Shown piece after piece: positions 56,485 through 64,000 of a stretch of DNA of 64,000 bases. Location of the stretch: the NCBI GenBank assembly GCA_963667255.1, contig OY762940.1:1088001-1152000 (forward strand). Direction: 5' to 3'. The first letter of the stretch is position 1; the number at the start of each line of letters is the position of its first letter. The notes beneath the pieces are model-generated. The model saw only the letters and a program-made list of their open reading frames with translations, did not search any database and was not told where the DNA came from. Origin of the DNA: Candidatus Cloacimonadota bacterium (GTDB taxonomy: Bacteria > Cloacimonadota > Cloacimonadia > G963667145). The position numbers and the translations under genes were made by a program.

Positions 56485-57946
56485 AAAACTTCCAACCTAT
56501 TGCTTGCCGATAATTTCGGCGATTTTATTGGCACTCGCTCGAATGGATGTCGGGTGCGGTTTCTTCTGCTTTTTCTGTTTAATTCCGTTGTTTTATTGGC
56601 TCGGCTCGGACAAGATAAACCTATGGCGAGGTTCGTTTTTATTCAGTATTTTCTTCAACGGGATTTACATTTATTGGATAGCTTATGTCACTTTTTGGGG
56701 ATACATCGGGATTGTCTTATTTTTCGTTTTGTATTTCCTAATCGTATTTTATTTAGTCAGAAAGTGTTGGCAATATTTCCCGAAAATCAAATTTCTTTCT
56801 TTCGCTGTTTTTTGGATAACCTTGGAATTTTATATGAATTACACGGAAATTGCTTTCCCGTGGATGTCGCTCGGCTATTCATTATCCGCTTATCTGTATC
56901 TAATCCAGTTGGTTTCTCTTGGCGGAATGAGTATTTTGTCTTTTCTGATAATCGCCATCAATTACAGTCTGTTTGTTTATTCTAAAACAAAAGATAAGAG
57001 ATTTTTGCTTTGCTCTGTGTTGATTTTATTGGTTTGGGCGATTTTCGGGTTTTACCTTTTGAACTCGGTAAAATTACGGAAGGCAGACAAAAAAATCGCA
57101 ATCTTGCAACCGAACATCTCTTTAGAGGTCAAGCACAGCATAGACGCTACACCGAGGATGCTCAAGGTTTATAACGAAGAGTTTAATTTGTTGAAAGGCA
57201 AGAAGATAGGTTTGCTTTTGTTGCCAGAGAGTGCCCTTATGGATTTTCCTCTTCACAACAAAAATTTGTATGACAAAATTTCCAAGTTGAGTAAGACAGT
57301 GAATGCCAATCTGTTTTTGGGATTTTTGGATTATCAGGTTACGGCGGAGAGAGTTAAGTATTTCAATTCTTGTTCGCAAGTTGATTCGACGGACAAATTT
57401 TACCCGAAGTATAGCAAAACCGTGCTTGTTCCGCTTGGCGAGAGGATTCCTTATTTGGATATTTTTCCGTTTTTGTGGAGTCTAAATTTGGGGCAAGCTA
57501 ATTGGGAATATGGAGAAGGAGCAAAGTTTTATTCGCTTGATGGTTATTCGTTTTCGCCAGTGATTTGCTATGAAATTGCTTTCCCAAAAGTGCTAAAAAA
57601 ACTTGCCAAAGCTGATTTTGTTGTGAATTTGACCAACGATGCTTGGTTTCGCAAATCAGTGGGTGCGACTCAACATATGCAGATGGCTGTTTTTCGGGCG
57701 ATAGAGATCAGAAAGTCTATTTATCGCTGTGCCAATACGGGGTATTCTGTTGTGGTTTTGCCAACGGGAAGAATTTTGGAAAAGCTACCGCTTTTTGAGA
57801 AAGGCATTATAATTAGTGATTTGTATATCAGCGATAGCAGTTCGCTCTATTCGACAATAAATTACGAATGGATATTTGTTGCCTTGAGTTTGATTTTTGT
57901 GGTGGCTGTTTTAGTGAAAAGGGAAAATGATATAGGAAATACTTAG
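56474..57946 (+). CDS. lnt: Apolipoprotein N-acyltransferase
   Basis: Multiple TM segments, with QPN, PES, K..LVP.GE, ICYE, TND.WF and R.ANTG motifs. Confidence 0.92.
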   Translation: MSIKKLPTYCLPIISAILLALARMDVGCGFFCFFCLIPLFYWLGSDKINLWRGSFLFSIFFNGIYIYWIAYVTFWGYIGIVLFFVLYFLIVFYLVRKCWQYFPKIKFLSFAVFWITLEFYMNYTEIAFPWMSLGYSLSAYLYLIQLVSLGGMSILSFLIIAINYSLFVYSKTKDKRFLLCSVLILLVWAIFGFYLLNSVKLRKADKKIAILQPNISLEVKHSIDATPRMLKVYNEEFNLLKGKKIGLLLLPESALMDFPLHNKNLYDKISKLSKTVNANLFLGFLDYQVTAERVKYFNSCSQVDSTDKFYPKYSKTVLVPLGERIPYLDIFPFLWSLNLGQANWEYGEGAKFYSLDGYSFSPVICYEIAFPKVLKKLAKADFVVNLTNDAWFRKSVGATQHMQMAVFRAIEIRKSIYRCANTGYSVVVLPTGRILEKLPLFEKGIIISDLYISDSSSLYSTINYEWIFVALSLIFVVAVLVKRENDIGNT

Positions 57947-57957
57947 GAGAGTAGAGA

Positions 57958-58371
57958 ATGACAAGAGAAGAAGTGCTTCAGATGATTAAAGATTACCCTT
58001 ATGCGACTCTGGGGACTGTGGATGAACAAGGGCGACCTCGTTTGAGACCGATGTTGATTACTCCGGCTGATGACAATTTTCTGTTGTGGAGTTCTACGCA
58101 TATCGAGAGCGGTAAATACAAAGAGATGAAGAATAACCCAAATGTTGAGCTTTTGTTTTGGGACAAAGCTACTGGGACTGAGATTAGAGTTTCCGCTATC
58201 GCTGATGTGAGTGGTGGCGAAAACAAAAAGTCGAAAATGTTCAAAATCAATCCAAAGATTGAGAACTGTTTTGGCAGAGTGAACAACCCGATTTTTGTTC
58301 ATCTTGAGTTCAAGCCGACAAGCGTAAGATACAAATACAAAGGTTTCTGTGGTTATACGGAAGTTTTGTAG
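57958..58371 (+). CDS. Pyridoxamine 5'-phosphate oxidase-family (split-barrel flavoprotein)
   Basis: LGTVDEQGRPRLRPM and K..EM..NPNVEL motifs. Confidence 0.8.
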   Translation: MTREEVLQMIKDYPYATLGTVDEQGRPRLRPMLITPADDNFLLWSSTHIESGKYKEMKNNPNVELLFWDKATGTEIRVSAIADVSGGENKKSKMFKINPKIENCFGRVNNPIFVHLEFKPTSVRYKYKGFCGYTEVL

Positions 58372-58395
58372 AAGAAATTTTATTGGGAGAGTTTT

Positions 58396-58743
58396 GTGAT
58401 AATTACTAAAATTTCCTGCGATGATGCGGGAAACTCTTTTTTTGAAGATGTCGAGATTGACATTATGGATAAGGGTCAAATTGGCAAATTGTCGCAAGAT
58501 TTTCCTGTGAAATCGTTGGTGTTCCGCGAGAACGAGCCGGGTTACGATTATGATTGGCATACGGCTCCGCGACGACAGTATATCGTTATTTTGGAGGGAG
58601 CTATCTCTATCGAGGTAACTTCAGGCGAGATTAGAGAGTTTCATCAGGGCGATGTTTTCATAGTTGCGGATACCACTGGAAAAGGTCATAAGTCCAAGTC
58701 TATTGACGGGAAAGCGAGAAAATCTTTGTTTATCCCGTTTTGA
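58396..58743 (+). CDS. Cupin-fold hypothetical protein
   Basis: WH.APRRQ....L.G and GD.....DTTGKGH motifs. Confidence 0.7.
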   Translation: MIITKISCDDAGNSFFEDVEIDIMDKGQIGKLSQDFPVKSLVFRENEPGYDYDWHTAPRRQYIVILEGAISIEVTSGEIREFHQGDVFIVADTTGKGHKSKSIDGKARKSLFIPF

Positions 58744-58810
58744 CAAAAAAGATTGACCGAGAAATGTGAAAATGAACAGATTAGTTCGATGAGAAATAAA
58801 GGGAAATTGA

Positions 58811-59404
58811 ATGGAAAATTTTATCAAGCAATTGGCGAGTGAATCTCCCGTTCCGGGTGGAGGTGCTGCGGGCTGTGTTTTTGGTGCGATAGGCTCTGCC
58901 GCTGCACAGATGGTGCTAAATTTGACAAAAGGCAAGAAGAAATATGCACAGTTTGAGGAAGCAAATTCCGATGCTTTGCAAGAATTGGAGTGTTTGAGCA
59001 ACGAGTTTCTGTATCTAAAGGGAATTGATGAGCAAGCGTTCGGATTGGTAAGCAAAGTGTGCTCTCTGCCCAAAGGGGAAGAACGGGACAAAGAGTTGCA
59101 AAATGCTTTGCAGACTGCTATTCAACCTCCATATTCCGCTTTGGAAATTTCTTTGAGAGGATTGGAGGTTTTGCAAGGACTGGTAAACACCACGAATGTT
59201 AATTTGATAAGTGATTTGGCAGTTGCCTGTGCAGGGCTGGAGAGTGCCGCCAAGAGTTGTTATTACAATGTGATGATAAACATAAAGTATATAAAAGACG
59301 GCGAATTTTGCAGTTTTTGGTCGGGCAAAGCCAAAGGTTGTTATGACGAAGCTTTAGCAAAAGTTGCTTTGATTGAAAAAGAGATTTTACAAAAAATCTG
59401 TTAG
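58811..59404 (+). CDS. Cyclodeaminase/cyclohydrolase family (FchA / FTCD_C-like)
   Basis: LAS.SPVPGGG.A, MV..LT.GKK.Y, D..AF, N.ISD and NV.IN motifs. Confidence 0.85.
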   Translation: MENFIKQLASESPVPGGGAAGCVFGAIGSAAAQMVLNLTKGKKKYAQFEEANSDALQELECLSNEFLYLKGIDEQAFGLVSKVCSLPKGEERDKELQNALQTAIQPPYSALEISLRGLEVLQGLVNTTNVNLISDLAVACAGLESAAKSCYYNVMINIKYIKDGEFCSFWSGKAKGCYDEALAKVALIEKEILQKIC

Positions 59405-59421
59405 TTCTAAAGAGGTAAATT

Positions 59422-60384
59422 ATGTATACTATTTTGACCGGAGGTGCCGGATTTATTGGGGCGAATATTCTGCGAGAGCTCAATAATAGAGGCGAAGAGA
59501 ACATTATAGTAGTGGATAATTTGGAGAAGAGCCAAAAGTGGAACAATTTGGTTGGGTGTAAATTTGAGAACTATTTTAACAAGCACGAATTTTACGACTT
59601 GGTTGCTGACGATTTTCACTATTTTGGCAAGATTAAGCAGGTAATTCACATGGGTGCTTGCTCGGCGACTACGGAAGAGAATATGGACTACCTAATGGAC
59701 AACAATCTCCATTATTCTCAACTTATGTTTAATCTCGCTACCGAACACAACGCTGTTTTTATTTACGCCTCGTCTGCTGCTACCTACGGAGATGGAGCGT
59801 TGGGGTTTGAAGATGATGCAAAACTGGCAACTCTGCGACCGATAAACAGGTATGGATTTTCCAAACATCTTTTTGATTTGTGGCTCGATAAAAACGATTT
59901 TTGGTCAAAAGCTATTGGATTGAAGTTTTTTAATGTGTTTGGACCTTTTGAATATCACAAAGGTTCTATGGTCTCTATGGCTTATCGTGGTTATCAGCAA
60001 ATTTTGGATTCGGGCAAAATCAAACTTTTTGCTTCCAACAGACCTGATTACGAAGACGGCGGACAAAAGAGGGATTTTGTGTATGTGAAAGATTGTGCTA
60101 GAGTTGTCTGCGATTTTCTGCAGGTCAAGGGAATAGGCGGTTTGTATAATATGGGGACAGGATTTGCACACTCTTGGAACGAACTTGCCGGAGCAATCTT
60201 TAGTGCTATGGGTCAAGAGAAGAAAATCAAGTATATTCCGATGCCGGAGAACTTATTGGGAAGCTACCAGTATTTTACCAAAGCCAATATGAATAAGCTA
60301 AGAACTGTCTTTCCCGATTTCCAAGCCACGCCTTTGCAAGAAGCAGTAAGAGACTATGTGGTTAATTATTTACGAAAAAATTGA
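59422..60384 (+). CDS. rfaD: ADP-L-glycero-D-manno-heptose 6-epimerase
   Basis: TGGAGFIG.N, HMGACS.TT, YASSAATYG, YG.SK and YQYFT.A motifs. Confidence 0.92.
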   Translation: MYTILTGGAGFIGANILRELNNRGEENIIVVDNLEKSQKWNNLVGCKFENYFNKHEFYDLVADDFHYFGKIKQVIHMGACSATTEENMDYLMDNNLHYSQLMFNLATEHNAVFIYASSAATYGDGALGFEDDAKLATLRPINRYGFSKHLFDLWLDKNDFWSKAIGLKFFNVFGPFEYHKGSMVSMAYRGYQQILDSGKIKLFASNRPDYEDGGQKRDFVYVKDCARVVCDFLQVKGIGGLYNMGTGFAHSWNELAGAIFSAMGQEKKIKYIPMPENLLGSYQYFTKANMNKLRTVFPDFQATPLQEAVRDYVVNYLRKN

Positions 60385-60506
60385 GATGTTTACGAACATT
60401 TTTACTAAATACGCAAAGGAGCCTCATCGGGTTATCCCCGATTATATCTAAATTTTTCGCCTTAAATATGTTATTTATTGGTAATAGTAAAGTTTAAGGA
60501 GAAAAA

Positions 60507-61886
60507 GTGAAAATAATACCTGAACCGTTTAAAATCAAAATGGTTGAACCTATTTCCTTGATTAGTCGTGAATTAAGGGAAAAGTATCTTGTTGAAGCGG
60601 GATATAACCCGTTTTCTTTGAAAGCCGAGCATGTTTTTATAGATTTATTGACCGACAGTGGCACTGGTGCTATGAGTGACAGGCAATGGTCGGGATTGAT
60701 GCTTGGTGATGAGTCTTATGCTGGCAGCCGTAATTTTTATCATTTGCAAGAGGCTGCACAAGACACTTTCGGCTATGAATACATCATTCCCACACATCAG
60801 GGAAGAGGAGCTGAACAGATTTTATTTCCGCAATTGTTGAAGAAAAAAGGAGACTTTTTTATCAGCAATATGCATTTCGATACCACCAAGGCTCATGTAG
60901 AACTTTGCGGAGGAGTTGCACTTAACACCATAACTCCCAAGGCTTTCGATACAGATGCTTACGACGATTGGAAAGGCAATTTCGATTTGGATAAATTGGA
61001 GAGCATAATTTCCGAGAAAGGTGCGGAAAATATTTCTGCTATCATCATCACCATCACTTGCAACTCCAGTGGTGGTCAGCCTGTTTCTATGGACAATATC
61101 AAAAGTGTGAGTAAATTGGCAAAAAAGAACAATATCGTTGTGATTTTCGATTCTGCTCGATTTGCAGAGAACGCCTATTTTATCAAAGAGAGAGACCTAA
61201 ATTACAAAAACAGCTCGATTACGGACATAGTCAAGGAGATGTATTCCTACGGAGATTGCCTCACTTGTTCGGCTAAAAAGGACGCTATAGTGAATATGGG
61301 TGGACTTATCGCCATCAAAGAGGACAGCGAACTTTATGATGCTTGCAGGTCATATCTCGTGCCGATGGAGGGTTTCCCGACTTATGGCGGTCTTAATGGC
61401 AGAGATATGGAGGCTTTGGCGATAGGTCTGCGAGAGGGCGTTAATTACGACTATCTGCATTACCGCATCGGTCAGGTCAAATTTTTGGGCGATTTGCTGA
61501 GAGAGGCTGGAGTTCCCATTCAGTATCCGACCGGAGGTCATGCCGTTTTCGTAGATTGTGCCAAGATTTGTCCTCATATTCCTTTTGACCAATTTCCCGC
61601 TCAAGCTGTGTGTAACGCAGTCTATCTGGAAGGAGGAGTGCGACCAGTGGAAATCGGTTCGTTTTTGCTTGGCAGAGACCCTATCACCAGAGAAAATCTG
61701 CAATCCGATTTGGAGCTTATGAGACTTACCATTCCGCGTAGAGTCTATACGGACAACCATATGCGGTATATAGCACAAACCGTGATAGAGGTCGCAAATA
61801 ATGCTAAAAAATTGAAAGGTTTTGAATTTGAGTATGAGCCCAAAGTGCTGAGACATTTTACCGCACGACTGAAACCGATAGTTTAA
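60507..61886 (+). CDS. tnaA: Tryptophanase
   Basis: [14 protein letters not shown] (PLP Lys), [12 protein letters not shown] and LRHFTA are TnaA-type rather than tyrosine phenol-lyase residues. Confidence 0.9.
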   Translation: MKIIPEPFKIKMVEPISLISRELREKYLVEAGYNPFSLKAEHVFIDLLTDSGTGAMSDRQWSGLMLGDESYAGSRNFYHLQEAAQDTFGYEYIIPTHQGRGAEQILFPQLLKKKGDFFISNMHFDTTKAHVELCGGVALNTITPKAFDTDAYDDWKGNFDLDKLESIISEKGAENISAIIITITCNSSGGQPVSMDNIKSVSKLAKKNNIVVIFDSARFAENAYFIKERDLNYKNSSITDIVKEMYSYGDCLTCSAKKDAIVNMGGLIAIKEDSELYDACRSYLVPMEGFPTYGGLNGRDMEALAIGLREGVNYDYLHYRIGQVKFLGDLLREAGVPIQYPTGGHAVFVDCAKICPHIPFDQFPAQAVCNAVYLEGGVRPVEIGSFLLGRDPITRENLQSDLELMRLTIPRRVYTDNHMRYIAQTVIEVANNAKKLKGFEFEYEPKVLRHFTARLKPIV

Positions 61887-61898
61887 TTTTTTGAATAT

Positions 61899-61948
61899 AA
61901 AAGTTTGCTCATTTGATTTGAGAAAATCTGTGAGCAAACTTTGTTTTA
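61899..61948 (+). terminator. Terminator hairpin after tnaA
   Basis: AAAGTTTGCTCA...TGAGCAAACTTT followed by GTTTT. Confidence 0.7.
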
Positions 61949-62056
61949 TTTAGAGCAAGGAATAGAAACTATTTGACAATTATAACGACATTTCCCTTTT
62001 TACGACAGTATTGCTTTCGAGGAAACAATATTTTTTTAAGGAGAGATTGTAAGAGT

Positions 62057-62794
62057 ATGTCAGGACATAATAAATGGAGCTCTATCAAGCATAAGAAGGG
62101 AGCTGCCGATATAAAGAGAGCCAAACTTTTTACTAAGCTTATTAAGGAAATCACTGTTGCTGCTCGTCAAGGTGGTGGCGATGAATCTGCCAATCCGAGA
62201 CTGAGAACGGCAATATCTACCGCCAAAGTCGCAAATATGCCTACCAATAATATAGAAAAGGCTATTAAGCGAGGCACCGGCGAAACCGAAGGCGTTAACT
62301 ACGAAGAGATTACTTACGAAGGTTATGGACAAGCCGGAGTGGCTATCATTGTTGAGTGCCTCACGGACAATCGCAAGAGGTCTGTTGCCGAGGTAAGACA
62401 TATATTCTCCAAATATGGTGGAAACTTAGCGGAGAGTGGAGCTGTTTCTTGGGTTTTTGATTCCAAAGGGGAGATTACGGTTAAAAGCGATTTGGGCGAA
62501 GACGATTTTATGCTGAAGGCTTTGGATTGCGGTGCGGAGGATGTGGAGTTTGACGATGGAGAGTATTTGGTTTATACCGACTCCAAAGAGTTGCATGTGG
62601 TTGCGGACGCTTTGAGTTCCGAGGGTTTTGATGTGGTAAAATTTGAGTTGACCAAAATCCCGAAAAATACCGTAAATGCGGACGATGTTGCTGAGAAACT
62701 CTTGAACCTTATTGATATGTTGGAAGATTGTGATGATGTGCAGAAAGTTTATGCAAATTTTGAAATCTCGGACGAAGTTTTAGAAAAATTATAA
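62057..62794 (+). CDS. YebC/PmpR-family protein
   Basis: MSGHNKWSSIKHKK, YEGYG, TDN..R and DDVQ.VY.N motifs. Confidence 0.93.
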   Translation: MSGHNKWSSIKHKKGAADIKRAKLFTKLIKEITVAARQGGGDESANPRLRTAISTAKVANMPTNNIEKAIKRGTGETEGVNYEEITYEGYGQAGVAIIVECLTDNRKRSVAEVRHIFSKYGGNLAESGAVSWVFDSKGEITVKSDLGEDDFMLKALDCGAEDVEFDDGEYLVYTDSKELHVVADALSSEGFDVVKFELTKIPKNTVNADDVAEKLLNLIDMLEDCDDVQKVYANFEISDEVLEKL

Positions 62795-62817
62795 AAAAAG
62801 AAAAAAATAGTTGATAA

Positions 62818-64000
<1,183 letters not shown>

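Noticed and set aside
60386..60451. 21-codon ORF MFTNIFTKYAKEPHRVIPDYI upstream of tnaA as a TnaC leader
   Set aside because: It has no Trp and no W..D..P-stop pattern. The ATCGGG/CCCGAT hairpin is more simply a terminator for rfaD.

Overview
This is a 64-kb chromosomal window from an AT-rich, anaerobic, LPS-producing (diderm) bacterium. Gene order resembles Cloacimonadota, but that placement is inference only. Standard genetic code 11 is used. Bases 3.8-14.2 kb plus 19.8-20.5 kb form a tungsten module: a Moco/Wco riboswitch, a five-subunit aldehyde oxidoreductase with a HydABC/NuoEFG-like putative electron-bifurcating module, moaD/mobB/moeA/moeB and a WtpABC tungstate transporter. Inserted into it (14.2-19.8 kb) is an AT-rich accessory island made of a 737-bp IS1595-family element (17-bp perfect TIRs, 8-bp TSD, nonsense-inactivated transposase) and a three-gene HerA-like ATPase / NurA-like nuclease / DNA amino-methyltransferase operon. 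That operon is the best candidate here for an uncharacterised restriction-like defence system. The rest is mostly housekeeping: two pfk genes, tRNA-Ser and tRNA-Arg, infC-rpmI-rplT-pheST-zapA-6S RNA-rny, nadBAC, exbBD-tonB, putP, RNase P RNA, recJ, lnt, hldD, tnaA, yebC and a partial atpD. A second accessory islet (50.5-53.5 kb) carries a Panacea-type toxin-antitoxin pair with a membrane-anchored upstream partner. Other oddities are a CoaE-AroD-AroE triple fusion, an orphan FolP N-terminal domain and a FolD that appears monofunctional with a separate FchA. No CRISPR array or rRNA was seen. All calls come from motif recognition by eye; no database searches were run.
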